From Octopus sinensis (taxonomy: Eukaryota): 64,000 nucleotides of DNA. The translations under genes and the position numbers were made by a program. Positions 50,531 to 63,515 of the stretch are shown here, one piece after another; the first letter of the stretch is position 1, and every line of letters starts with the position of its first letter. The notes beneath the pieces are model-generated. The model had not been told where the DNA came from. It made no database searches and was given only the letters and a program-made list of their open reading frames with translations. The DNA lies in assembly GCF_006345805.1 (NCBI RefSeq), contig NC_043010.1:45198001-45262000 (forward strand), written 5' to 3'.

Positions 50531-52720
50531 GATAGAATAAATCTTCTATGTTTCTCTACCCAGTGTTTGACTGCTTCTAGGTCTAAAGCGTGAGGTATAT
50601 TGGTATAAAGATTGGTGACATCAAAACTTGTAAGTATAGTACCTTCTTGGACAGTGGGTGGGATGTGCTGGATGAAATCCATGCCATCCCGTATATAACT
50701 GGGTATTAACGGACACAAAGGTTTTAGGAGTATATCTAAAAAATGACTCAGTTGTTGTGTTGGTGCTTCAGGTACAAATTATTGGTCTTAATTTGAGGTC
50801 AGAAGGCCTTGGTATTTTTATGTCTAGGTTCTTCTGCTTATTTATGGCACTTTGTATTTCGGATCTTTTGTGGATTTGGGGCAATCCGTAGAAATTGCTC
50901 TCTTTGATTACTAAGTCGCATATATAATCTTTCTTCTTGTCTGTGAAGGAATCTTGGTATTCATTGATAAGTGTTTTCATTTTATTCATTATTGTTTTTT
51001 CTGGGTATCTTGGTTCTTCCTTGTAGTAGGTTTGGCTTGTTAAAATTTTCAATATTTTATCTTTATAGTAGTCTTTGTCCATGATTACTATCGCCCCCCC
51101 CCCTTATCGGCTTCTTCAGTGTTAGTAGAGCTTCTTTTTCTTCTTCACGAAGGCTTTGTTTGCACCTGTAGGTATTTAGGGGAAATTTTGAAATTGTATC
51201 TATATACGCGTCTAAATATTTGTCATTTCCCTTGTAGGAGGTGAAGTGGGATTTATTTCTGACTATTGATTCCTCATTTGTATCCTTATTGCCGAAGAAT
51301 TCTATAAGTCGAAGGTGGTGGTTGAAATGCTTACTATCAGATTTCTGTTCGATGAGATTAGGTTTGAGTGTTGGGGTAAACTTGAAACCTTTTAATACGA
51401 GGTTCATCTCATTCTTGTTGAGGTTCATATTTGATAAATTTATTATCTTCGTGTCTATATATTTTGTGTGCTTATCAGAATTTTGTGTTGTGTCGAGTTT
51501 GGTGCGTGATTGTGGTATTTTCTCCCTAAAAAAGGAATTGTGTTATCGTGTCTCCATTTTCTGATTTCGGGGTTCTAGTTCCCATGTAGGCGCGGGGGTG
51601 GGGAATGGTTCATGTTCTTTGTACGAATTCCGTTGTTCAAACGTTCTGTTTTCTTCGCATCTTCCATGTATGGGATTTTTGGACGTAAATCGAGGGTTTC
51701 TTGAGTTATCATTGTGATTATTCATATTATGGTTTCTGTGTTGTCCGTATTTTATATAGGGTACGTGGTATTACGGGTTGGTGGCTGTCTGTATGTTATT
51801 TGTCTTTTAGGTCTCTTTTTGTCCCCATGTATTTATCCATCTAGGGCGTTTGATATTATGGGTTGATGGTTGTCTTCTATATTTCATGTGTTGGGTTATT
51901 GCAGTGTTATGTGTTGCAGAATATGGGCTTCTAGTCTGTACTTGGAGTGAGATGAAGGTCATTTCCGCATATGTTCTTGGGTTACTAGAGGTTCGATATC
52001 TTAGTCCGGTTCCTCTGGGGTTGGTGTCTATGTTTGTTTTCGATTTCCTCGTATTTTTTTTTCTGTTCTTGTGGTTTCGTTTTCATAATTTTTCATAGTT
52101 AGTGAACCACTTGTTGTTTCTCCCACATTTTTATGGACTTTTCTTCTTCCCGCTTTGTGTCTTCTTTCCATAGATGTTGCAATTTTTCATGACAGTGATT
52201 GTCACCCCGTTCCGCGATTTCAGCAAACATAACTGCATCAATTGCTTTTACTTTCTCTTCGTGTCGTATTTTTTGTGATTGAAGAAGAGAGATTTCTGCT
52301 TCTAGTCGGCATAAAGCTAAGTTTGCACGTATCGTTGTCTCTTCCAGTGATTCACTTCTTATTTCTTTAATAAGTAATTTTCTGGGAAGGATTGGGTTTT
52401 CTTTGCTTCGCCAATCCTGGTAGGTGTTGGCTATATTGTTACATCGATTCCAGAGTTGTGGTTTCAAGTGATTTTGTTGTATATTAATTGTTGCTATTTT
52501 CTTGTTGTTTGTTTCTGTTGTTAGAACACTTGCGTATGAGTATTATTCACAGTTTTATCTGCATTGGTGAAGATTGTGTTAAGTTTTCATATTAGTAAAT
52601 TTAACTCATTAGATATTTCTGTGAGGAGTTCTTCTGTGCTTTTGGTGTCTCTCGACAGCGAGCTTGATTCTGATCTATTCATTCTGACGTCTTGTACATT
52701 CAAGTAGATATTTATAGAGT
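50530..52720 (-). mobile_element. Penelope-like element 5' portion: long N-terminal extension plus first half of RT (pseudogene)
   Basis: LKGFKFTPT...MDKDYYKDKI...FYGLPQIHK...LRPII...LTSFDVTNLYTNIPH; broken into several ORFs; the rest of RT and the endonuclease are absent. Confidence 0.88.
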
Positions 52721-52734
52721 GTTAGAAGTGGTGT

Positions 52735-53045
52735 ACATTAGTGAAACGCATTGTCGAGCATTGTCATGAAGAATGATTGGCCCTCTTCTCTTGACCAGTC
52801 TCGGACGGAGGAGTAGCAATTCTTCGTTCATTTTGGCAATTTCATGGCAATATGTTTCTGCAGTGATGGTTTTTCCGGGTTTTAAGAAGTTATAGTGGAT
52901 GAGTCCAGCAGTACACCACCAAACAGTCACCATAACCTTCTTTTTTAAGAGTTCGGGCTTAGGGAAGATTTTCGGTGCTTTATTTTGGTCCAACCATGGC
53001 GAAGAACGTTTTTTATTATTGTACAGAATCCACTTTTCATTTTGC
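52735..53045 (-). mobile_element. Mariner catalytic-domain fragment, same family as 26387-27650
   Basis: EKWILY...DQNKAPKIFPKP..KKVMVTVWW...GPIILHDNAR. Confidence 0.9.
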
Positions 53046-53109
53046 TTCTTCTACCGAAGACATATTTTTTTAAACAAATATTTTAACAAAAATGTTCCAA
53101 CGCATTCGT

Positions 53110-54340
53110 ACAAAAGTGTGTGTAATTACGCCCTATATTTGTAATTGTTCTGTGTTTCTTGTGTGTCTGCTTGAGTGCCTGCTTGTGTGTTTTCAACTGG
53201 AGAATCTGTATTGTCTGTGTTTGTTTGTGTATACCTACCTGAAGTTTCTGGACCGTCTATGAGTGCTTGTGAATATTTTACTGGAGTTATTGGGCTGTAT
53301 GTGCGTGGTTGTGCATATTTAGTTGGGGATTCCAGGCTGACTGCTGTTGTAATGTGAAATGCTGTGTAGGTGTTTGTATGTTATTTAGTTCTTTCTTTTT
53401 CTTCCTTTTATTTTGAGTTATTCGAGGGTGGGGAGTTTTTGATGTCTTCCCTCTTTCTGTTTTGTATTTCTCGTCCTTGCTACTTTCCTCTTGTCTCACC
53501 TCCATTGATGTTTGGTTGTTAAGAAGGGCACAATTTGCCTTAATATGGCCCTTTTCTCTGCAGTGGTAGTATGTGGGAGGTCTTTCCTCCACTACCACAC
53601 ACAGCCTCACCTCTTCTGGCAACTCTATTTCTTCTGTTATTTCTTGTAGGTCTAGTGAGGTGGCCTGGATTATGACTTCTAGGCCATATCCCCATCAGTT
53701 CAGTTGTTTAGTTCGGCTTACCTGCAGCACTTGTGGGTCGTCTTTTGTGTCTATTAAGATTGCTGCAAGCAGCCACATCTCATTGATTTCTAGGGGCACC
53801 CTGCCACTCTCGCTACAGGTTTCCCGAGGTATGTTGGCAGGAGCACCCATTTTTCCGCTTTCAAGGTTACAGTGGAGTACTTTGCTGTCTCCCCCAAAGC
53901 AGGGAAGCGCACTTCCACAGTACCAAACTTTCTGCCTCTGCAGTAGTATTCGATGTTGCTTCTTATCTCTTTCAAGCATTCTTCTAAATCTTCCTCGTTT
54001 ACCATTTCTATTTTCTTACTTGCTTGTGAAAGGGTTCTGTAAATCAACGTTTTTTTCATTTTTGCTTCTTGTTATCTCTTCCGGCGGCGTCAATTTTAAT
54101 CTTCACCCTTCTCTTTGTATTAGTTTTTTTTTTTTTTTTTTTTGTTTTTGTTTTGTATTAATTTTTTTTACTGTTTTACACCATTTCGAAGTCTCCAAGC
54201 ACCTCCTTGACTTCCCGTTGTCTCACAGTCGCTGCAATAGTTTCTCGGCCTGCTACTGAAGCGTAGCTCCCGGTACGCGCTTACAATTCCTCCATTGCTC
54301 ACTGCAATTTTCGCTCCCATCGGGGAGAAAACACAACAAA
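53110..54340 (-). mobile_element. LINE 5' fragment: 5' UTR plus ORF1 with CCHC zinc knuckle (L1/Tx1-like), decayed
   Basis: ORF1-like pieces GRKFGTVEVRF...VVVEERPPTYYHCREKGHIKANC followed by a low-complexity tail; clade assignment is inference. Confidence 0.62.
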
Positions 54341-54479
54341 AGCAAACAATACAACAAGTTAAACAATTACGAACAAAAGGTGACCCCGCTAGGGAGGACC
54401 TTAAACCAAGGACACAACTATCCGCAACGATACAAAATCAACTGTGAACGATATAATCTCTTCGAAAAGATGATTGGCA

Positions 54480-54646
54480 CAACGGTCATAAAAATATCGG
54501 TGTTCATTTATTGATGCATTCGGGCTAGTTTATGTCTGTATTATCAGACAATTGCAAAAGAATGTTTAAAAAAATTCAGAACTCAGCAAAAATCCAGTAC
54601 AAATTCTTCATGGTTCAAAACGTTGCTTACTTTTTACTCAACCGGT
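54480..54646 (-). mobile_element. Mariner 5' TIR plus 5' UTR, same family as 26387-27650
   Basis: Reverse complement matches 26390-26540 (GTTGAGTAAAAAGTAAGCAACGTTTTGAAC...ATTGTCTGATAATACAGACATAAAC). Confidence 0.9.
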
Positions 54647-54647
54647 A

Positions 54648-54984
54648 TATACATACATACATACATACATACATACATACATACATACATACATACATAC
54701 ATACATGCATGCATGCATGCATACATACATACATACATACATACATACATACATGCATGCATGCATGCATGCATACATACATACATACACATACATACAT
54801 ACATACATACATACATACATCCATACATACATACATGCATGCATGCATGCATACATACATAATACATACATACATACATACTACATACATGCATGCATGC
54901 ATCATGCATACATACATACATACATACATACATACATGCATACATACATACATACATACATACATACATGCATAAATACATGCA

Positions 54985-55017
<33 letters not shown>
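54648..55017. repeat. (TACA)n array
   Basis: Directly visible. Confidence 0.96.
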
Positions 55018-55018
<1 letters not shown>

Positions 55019-55107
55019 ATATATTCGTTATCCTTTTAATGGTTTCAGTCGTTGGAGTGTGGCCATTCTGGAGCACTGCCTTAAACTATGAGAATATATA
55101 TGAGTAC

Positions 55108-55150
<43 letters not shown>

Positions 55151-55260
55151 AATATATATATATATATATATATAATATATATCTATATGTATGTATGTAT
55201 GTATGTGTAAATATATATATATACATATATCTTATACACACACACACACACACACACAGA

Positions 55261-55665
55261 GGAGTGGCTGTATGGTAAGTAGCTTGCTAACCAACCACAT
55301 GGTTCCGGGTTCAGTCCCACTGCGTGGCATCTTGGGCAAGTGTCTTCTGCTATAGCCCCGGGCCGACCAATGCCTTGTGAGTGGATTTGGTAGACGGAAA
55401 CTGAAAGAAGCCTGTCGTATATATGTATATATATATATATATGTGTGTGTTTGTGTGTCTGTGTTTGTCCCCCTAGCATCGCTTGACAACCGATGCTGGT
55501 GTGTTTACGTCCCCGTCACTTAGCGGTTCGGCAAAAAAGAGACCGATAGAATAAGTACTGGGCTTACAAAGAATAAGTCCCGGGGTCGAGTTGCTCGATT
55601 AAAGGCGGTGCTCCAGCATGGCCGCAGTCAAATGACTGAAACAAGTAAAAAAAGAAAAAAAAGAG
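55261..55665 (+). mobile_element. Full-length SINE family A
   Basis: Intact head, body and tail. Confidence 0.93.
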
Positions 55666-55731
55666 ATATATATATATATAACGTTAAAAAGAATGTAGCA
55701 GGTGGTTACGTCCCTTTACATTATCTAAGTA

Positions 55732-55957
55732 CAGTAATCCTTCGACTATCGCGGGTGTTACGTTCCAAAATCCCATCGCGATAGGTGAAAATCCGCGAAG
55801 TAAGAAACAGTACGGTGTACTGTATATTCTTTTTTATTATTTTAGTATTTACATGCATTTATTTTATTATAAATGCAAAACAACACCACGAAGGACTCGA
55901 CGTAAGCTTAAACAATAAACTACGATAGATGAACCGCGATATGGCGAGAGATTACTG
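55732..55957. mobile_element. pogo/Tigger-like MITE with TA TSD
   Basis: TA|CAGTAATCCTTCG...CGAGAGATTACTG|TA. Confidence 0.85.
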
Positions 55958-56547
55958 TATACAGATACACACATACATACATACACACATACATACATAC
56001 ATACATACATACATACATACATACATACATACATACATACATACATGCATACATACTTATAATTTAAGCATTCCATCGATTTTAATTCAATAAATTTACA
56101 AAATATTTCCATATTTTCTTATCCTCCCGTCTTTGTTTTTTTGGGTTTTTTTGTTCCCATATTGTTTTTTTTTCTTTTTTGTGAAGACGTTGATGAATTT
56201 TTAATAAAGTGTCACTCGGTGCAAAAACATTTCGAGCGAAGAAGACAATGGACTTCCTTTGTGTGAAATAGTGGTATCTGCTGTCGCTTGATTGCCTTTA
56301 CTGTTTTGCAGTTGCGAATGTGCTTGTCTTATTATATCAGACTGCATGTAGAGTGAACTCCATTATTGGTAGAAAGTCAGCTCTTGTCGAGACTGAATTC
56401 GTAGCCTCCCTTTATTTATTTCTGCTAATAATGCCATTCCGAACGTCATGGATATCACAGTATCCCGTTTTCCTTACTACACGCACACATGTAGTATTGT
56501 GTGGGTGAGTGTTCATACAAACGTACATTCATTCATACACACATTAA

Positions 56548-56581
56548 CGCAAATATATAGATAGATAGATAAATAGCTAGC

Positions 56582-56649
<68 letters not shown>

Positions 56650-56939
56650 CTAGATAGACGATAGATAGATAGAAGATAGATACAAGATAGATAGATAGAT
56701 AGGATTAGATAGATAGATAGATAGATAGGTAGATAAAAACTTATGTGTTTACACACACTATATTTATATATAAATATATATGTATATTTATATATATATT
56801 TATTTATATATAAATATATATGTATATAAATATATATTTATATTTATATATAAATATATATGTATAATTTAGTACGTTTAAAAATATTTGTTGTGCAAGA
56901 TTTTATATATATTTATATATATTTATATATATTTATATA

Positions 56940-56986
<47 letters not shown>

Positions 56987-57026
56987 TTATATATATATAT
57001 ATTATATATATTTATATATTTATATA

Positions 57027-57072
<46 letters not shown>

Positions 57073-57206
57073 AATATATATATATATATATTATATATAT
57101 AATATACTATTTATATATAAATATATATATTATATATATTTATATATAATTATATATATTATATAAATATGTTTATATATTTTATATAAATTATATATAT
57201 ACATAT

Positions 57207-57249
<43 letters not shown>

Positions 57250-57300
57250 ATATATATATATATAATATAATATATATATATATATATAATATAATATATG
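56548..57300. repeat. (GATA)n followed by a long imperfect (TA)n region
   Basis: Directly visible. Confidence 0.95.
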
Positions 57301-57986
57301 ATTGATTGATTGATTCTAGTTTCAGCTTATGAGCTGTGGCCATGCTGGGGCACCGCCATTTATGTATATGTATGTATATGTATGTATATGTATATGTATG
57401 TATATGTATATATATGTGTGTATGTATAGATGTATGTATGCATGCATGTATGTATGTGTGTACGTACGTATATATGTACGTATATACGTATGTATCTATG
57501 TACGTATGCGTAATAATACGTACGTGCGAACGAACGTAGATACGTATGTATGTATTTATGTATGTACGTGTGAATGGATTGGTTTTCGCGCATGGGGGAA
57601 AAGAATATTATTTTTTCAAGTTCCCCAAATTAAATTCGAGATCAAATATCATTAACGTGGTTAATTATTACTGACTCATTAAATGAATAAATTGTTAACT
57701 AATTAGTAAATAAATTAACTCCTAAATATTTAATTTCTCCATTCCGGTAATTTAAAATTCTTTCTATTTATGAGTAAAAAAATCTATACTTTTGCATATC
57801 TCATACATTATTTTCTTGTACCTGTCCGCAATTACAATGTTTTAAGAAGCTAAGAAAATGCTAAGTCGAAGTGTCCGTAGCTTTGTGAATGCAATCGATG
57901 ACAAATTAACAACAATTTCTTTAATATGGTGTCGATGTAATATTGACGTGTAGTTATGTGTGAATAGCTTACCTTTTGTTCTCTGG

Positions 57987-58024
<38 letters not shown>

Positions 58025-58374
58025 TGTGTGTGTGTATGTGTGTGTGTGTGTGTGTATGTGTGTGTGTGTGTGTGTGTGCGTATGTGTATGTGTTTGTGTG
58101 TATTCATATATGCATGTGGTTATGCATGCAAGTATGTGTTTATGTATACCTGTATGTATAGAAAGATACATAGACACATAGAAGTATGGATCTGTGTGAG
58201 CATACACACACACACACACAGACGCACATATAATATATACGTACATATCTATATATATATACTTGTGTGTGTGTCTTTGTGTATGTATGGATGGATATAT
58301 ACATATGTATATATGCATGTATGCATGGATATATGCGGATATATACGTATACGTAATTTATAAAATATGTATGA

Positions 58375-58452
58375 TAGATAGATGGATGGATGGATGGATG
58401 GATGGATAGATGGATGGATGGATGGATGGATGGATGGATGGATGGATGGATG

Positions 58453-58508
<56 letters not shown>

Positions 58509-58570
58509 TAGATAGATAGATATGTAGGTATGTAGGTAGGTAGGTAGGTAGGTAGGTAGGTAGGTAGGTA
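58375..58570. repeat. Compound tetranucleotide tract (GATG)n-(GATA)n-(GTAG)n
   Basis: Directly visible. Confidence 0.95.
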
Positions 58571-59103
58571 AAGTGCTTTCGATTCCTAGCTAAATCTATG
58601 TCCCTTTTATGCATGACAAACGCAAGCGTTATAACTTCTTATTTTCCTTTTCTCAGTTTCGCAAAAGGGTTATGTTTTATAGAGGCAGTAGGGGTTACAT
58701 GCTTCCCACTATTTAATGTCTCACTACCCAGATTTCAAATAACCAGAGGGTTGACTTTGCTTTTCATCCTTCCAAAGATAATAATTATTTATCAATTAAG
58801 GTTTAAAGTGAAGTAATATTTTAGGGACAGCTAACCAACTAAATTAACAGATTGGTCTTCTCTGTAATAAGTACTCTATACACGATATGTCTTATTGATT
58901 TCTTATACGAATACAGGGGAAGAAGAAAGTCTGTAATGTCCATGCCTTTCTGTGGCAGAGGAAAGTATTAGGAGCGTAAGCAAAATGGAGTGATTTCAAC
59001 AGCGACTTCAATTCAGACAATACGAATATTTAAGGAGATATTTTATACAAACACACACCACACACACACACACACACGTTGTGTGTATCTACATATGCAT
59101 GTA

Positions 59104-59146
<43 letters not shown>

Positions 59147-59150
59147 ATAT

Positions 59151-59187
<37 letters not shown>

Positions 59188-59255
59188 GAGAGAGAGAGAG
59201 AGAGAGAGGAGACACACACACACAGAGAGACAGAGAGACAGACAGACAGAGAGGC

Positions 59256-59286
<31 letters not shown>

Positions 59287-59320
59287 GAGGCAGAGAGAGA
59301 GAGACAGACAGACAGATAAA

Positions 59321-59640
59321 TATGTTTCTTTATTAGCCACACAGGGCTGAACACAGACGGGACAAATTACAAAGTAGAGCTTTTCTTTTTGGAGAGAAAA
59401 AAAAGTGGGGTAGGTTTTCGATCAAAAGGGATCGTAAAAAGGAAAGAAAAAAACGATCAATAGGGATCATGTATCACAGAAATGTCATGATGTAAAGTGT
59501 AAAGGGGGAAACAGATAAGGTTTATCCATGGAAAGAAAAGCCTACGGAAAAGACCACGGTAACCTCGGTCAATAATGTCACATGTTAACACAGTTATTTG
59601 CAAGTATGTAACTCTGTTTTAAATTTTTCCGGGTTCATAG
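59321..59640 (-). mobile_element. Probable LINE 3' UTR fragment whose last about 45 nt match SINE-B tail2
   Basis: TTTGTCCCGTCTGTGTTCAGCCCTGTGTGGCTAATAAAGAAACA versus SINE tail TTTGTCCTCTCTGTGTTTAGCCCCTTGTGGGTAGTAAAGAAATA; upstream sequence is non-SINE. Confidence 0.55.
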
Positions 59641-59672
59641 GATCATAATCAAGGTGGCTTCGTCATTCATAC

Positions 59673-59762
<90 letters not shown>

Positions 59763-59836
59763 GACACACATACATATACAGGATGTGCCAAAAGTCGCGC
59801 ATCAAAACATTTGGCATTTTATTTATAGTGTTATTA

Positions 59837-59960
59837 CAGTAATCCCTCGTCAATCGCGGGTGTTACGTTCCAAAATCTCACCGAGATAGGTGAACCGCGA
59901 TAGGTGAACCGCGATAGGTGAACCGCGATAGGTGAACCGCGATATGGCGAGAGATTGCTG
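59837..59960. mobile_element. Short pogo/Tigger-like MITE with four tandem 14-bp units (ATAGGTGAACCGCG)
   Basis: Same TIRs as 55732-55957, TA flanks. Confidence 0.85.
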
Positions 59961-60930
59961 TATTAATATTATTCATTTATATTCATGTAAATATATGTGT
60001 GCGCGCGTGTGTGTATTTCACTTAAGCATTTCTTATTTCGTGTCAAAATTTTCATCTCACCAATTGAAGATTGAAACCTGGTCACTGACACTCATTGGGA
60101 CGGGTGGGGGGTAATTAAGTTGTTTTTTTTTGTGCTGAATTCAATTGACAAGGCTTTTTTGTTTAAGTCAAAATAGCTTTTGGAGTTTGTCAACGTAATA
60201 ATGAGCGGCTGCACATATGTTGGTGCGTATGTAGATAAACTTGCAATAAAGTGCGTGTACGTCTCATTTTAGTACACAAGTATGGGTGTATTTCATCATT
60301 GATTATGCGTCCGTGCCTAAGTATGCCATATGCACATATCACTGTGTGATTACTCAATCCAGGATTTTCAACGGGAGAATCCTGACAATTCATTTTCACT
60401 GTGCCATCAATTAATTGTATATAAATCAGTTTGATTTGCTCTTTGCTTTGGAGAACCCTAGCATTTCTAGGCTCTTTGACATAGGCCCAATGATAACACT
60501 GTGTAACACAATTGTGGTCCTAAGGGAGCAACCGTTACTTCCTGTTTGCTTTTCCCTAGAAAGTATGAAAAATGGCTAATATTTTCTTCAAAATTTGCTT
60601 TATTCAAACCTCAAAGAATCCCTCTCAACACATGGCTATGATGCTCCCCACTACTCCTACTCATGATCAGAGGTGCACATATTGCCAGTCATTAAGAGAC
60701 ATGCTCAAGTGGTTAAGGTAAAGCAACTGACAAGCACATCTGTGGTATTGAGCAAGATATTTGCTATAATGATATTTCTGCAACTCAGTCCTGAATCTGT
60801 CTGAAATGTAATGGAAAAGAGGTCAGTTTCAAAACATTGATGTCCAGGTCACAAAAGCAAAGTTTGATTTCTAGGCCCTTGATAAAATCAGAGAAGTACA
60901 TAATTTCATTTAAATGGTATTTGGTACATT

Positions 60931-61127
60931 CTGCCGTTACGTTCTGAGTTCGTCTGCCGTTACGTTCTGAGTTCAAATTCCGCCGAGGTCGACTTTGCCT
61001 TTCATCCTTTCGGGGTCGATAAATTAAGTACCAGTTACGCACTGGGGTCGGTGTCATCGACTTAATCCGTTTGTCTGTCCTTGTTTGTCATCTCTGTGTT
61101 TAGCCCCTTGTGGGTAGTAAAGAAATA
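60931..61127 (+). mobile_element. 5'-truncated SINE family B (tail2) with 15-bp TSD
   Basis: GGTATTTGGTACATT at 60916-60930 and 61128-61142. Confidence 0.92.
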
Positions 61128-61420
61128 GGTATTTGGTACATTTGAGAGTACAGGTAAACTTTCAGGCAGCTGAATTCGATGTCTATTGAATTCGATGTCG
61201 CCATTGAAATTACTTTATTTTCTTCACGCCCTGAGATAGCAGACTCATTAACACGCCGGACAAAATGCTTAGCGGCATTTCTTTCGGCTTTACGTTTCGA
61301 ATTCAAATTCTGCCGAGACTAACTTTGCCTTTCATATTTTCGGGGTCGATAAAATAAGCACCAGTAATAATGGACTTGCACCCTCAAAGTTTCAGGCTCT
61401 CACTCTCCCCCCCCTCTCTC

Positions 61421-61458
<38 letters not shown>

Positions 61459-61735
61459 GACGCATGGACAGTTACGTGATTTGATTTGAAAACAGCATGT
61501 ATCACAAAAGTGAACCGTTATCAAAATTTATAGACACTGGTCTTCAGTTTGGTCAATACGGATCACTGCTCAGTGCTGCTTTGTACGTGTATTATTAAAT
61601 GTTATCCTGTGACCGAAGATTTGGTTCAAATGTTTGCCTCGGAATGGTTTTTGCTAAATGCATCCAGTAAAAGCATTCAGGAGACAGAGATTGGAGTTAA
61701 ACTAGGTGACTGTTTCATACCACCACCACCACATT

Positions 61736-61901
61736 CAGGGTCGGCTCAAGGTACCGGCAACTCGGGCAATCTCCCGGGGCGCTATGTGCTAGGAGGTGCC
61801 AAGGAGGACATAACAAAGACATGGGGATTTCCGCAACCGTCAGCTTGTACGCTCCGAAGTTCAGCTTGCCCGGGGCTCCAGCAACCCTAGGACCGGCCCT
61901 G
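61736..61901. mobile_element. hAT-type MITE with 8-bp TSD
   Basis: TIRs CAGGGTCGG / CCGGCCCTG; flanks ACCACATT and ACCACATC (7/8). Confidence 0.75.
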
Positions 61902-62603
61902 ACCACATCCACCTGATTTTGTTTCACTTTCTCTTTTTTTTTCTAACGAGACCGATGAGAATAATCCCTAGATATAGAGAGGAACTGAGTTCAGCATTCA
62001 TTGTCTCCCATCTCTTCGTGCTTAAGTAAACGGAATTCTATTATTTTTAACAAAAGCCCTTGAACATTTGAAAGGAATCAATATTATTGAAACAGTGGTC
62101 TCATAATAGATGTATATTGCTTTTGTAAGGTAATCATATAAAGCTAGACTTCATCAAAACTAAACAAACATGAATAATGTCGTTGTATGCACTATTTTGT
62201 GCATAATCTATGTATTAATCAACCGAACAGTCAGAAACTCATCCTCACCCTTTTTCTCTCTGGTTCTCCTGGTTCTCTTATATATACAATTGCAATCATA
62301 TATAGGCGTATAGTTATATTTAATTAATTATACCATTAAATCTCTACTATGGTTTCACATCGATATCCAGGTGGTTATTACCTACTTAAGAATACACGAG
62401 AAATATAACGTTACGACACATCACATGATCTCATGACTGGTTACAAAGTATACATTTTCCGCTAAGTGTGTAATATATACACGCTCCGATGATGGCTTAT
62501 AAGCTGGCCGAAACTTTGAATTCACTGTCAACTTTTCTTGTTAAAGAATAATAAATTTGTACTCGACCAAAAGTATTAAGTAATCCTTCAGTTTAACGTA
62601 AAA

Positions 62604-62650
<47 letters not shown>

Positions 62651-63204
62651 GAGTGAGAGAGCAGTTCATGCCATCAAAGTGACACTGGGGTAAAATATAC
62701 GAAGCCCAATATACCCATCATGACTACCCGTCTGATAAGGGTACACCAGGCACATGCATCACAACCATATGTGCGCGACATGGTGATCTCATAACAAGAT
62801 AAACAGCACATGACCTTGCAGGTGGGGCCCAGTTAGAAATTTCTTCAGGTCGAGTAGCCAATCCCGCTCAAAAGGTCCCTGAATAAGGATTGTTTAAGGA
62901 TGTTGAAAGAACCACCCATGTTTCCAGAGGTGAATTATTCAAACCCCAAAGAATCCCTCTCAACACATGGCTATGATGCTCCCCCACTACTTCTGCTCGT
63001 GATCAGAGATGCACATATCGTCAGCCACTAAGGGACATGCTCAACTGGTTACGGTCAAACAACTGACAAGCAAATCTGTGGTATTGAGCAGAATATTTGC
63101 TGTAGCCCATCTTTTATACCAAGACAAAACAATGTACATGATAACACTTCCAATCAAATAAGATCAGAAGCCATGAGAGCCACTGCCTGGTACTGCATCA
63201 GAGC

Positions 63205-63205
<1 letters not shown>
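62651..63205 (-). mobile_element. 555-bp (TAA)n-flanked element, second full copy
   Basis: Reverse complement of 41635-42190; (TTA)n on both sides. Confidence 0.88.
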
Positions 63206-63280
<75 letters not shown>

Positions 63281-63304
63281 ACATAAAAACAATTATTTAT
63301 ATAT

Positions 63305-63515
63305 AAAAGACGGTGAGCTAGCAGAACTGTTAGCACGCCGGGCAAAATGGTAAGCGGTATTTCGTCCGTCTTTACGTTCTGAGTTCAAATTCTGTCGAGG
63401 TCGACTTTACTTTTCGTCCTTTCTGGGCTTAAAGTAAGTACCAGTTGAGTACTGAGATCTATGTAATTGACTTATTCCTACCCCGAAATTGCTAGCCTTG
63501 TGCCAAAATTTGAAC
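63305..63515 (+). mobile_element. SINE family B
   Basis: Head GACGGTGAGCTAGCAGAA, core and tail1. Confidence 0.85.

Noticed and set aside
53573-54259. 228-aa plus-strand ORF
   Set aside because: Antisense shadow of the LINE ORF1 fragment.
56290-56508. Splice-acceptor-like TTTTGCAG followed by a 62-aa ORF
   Set aside because: No recognisable protein, no convincing donor site and no partner exons.
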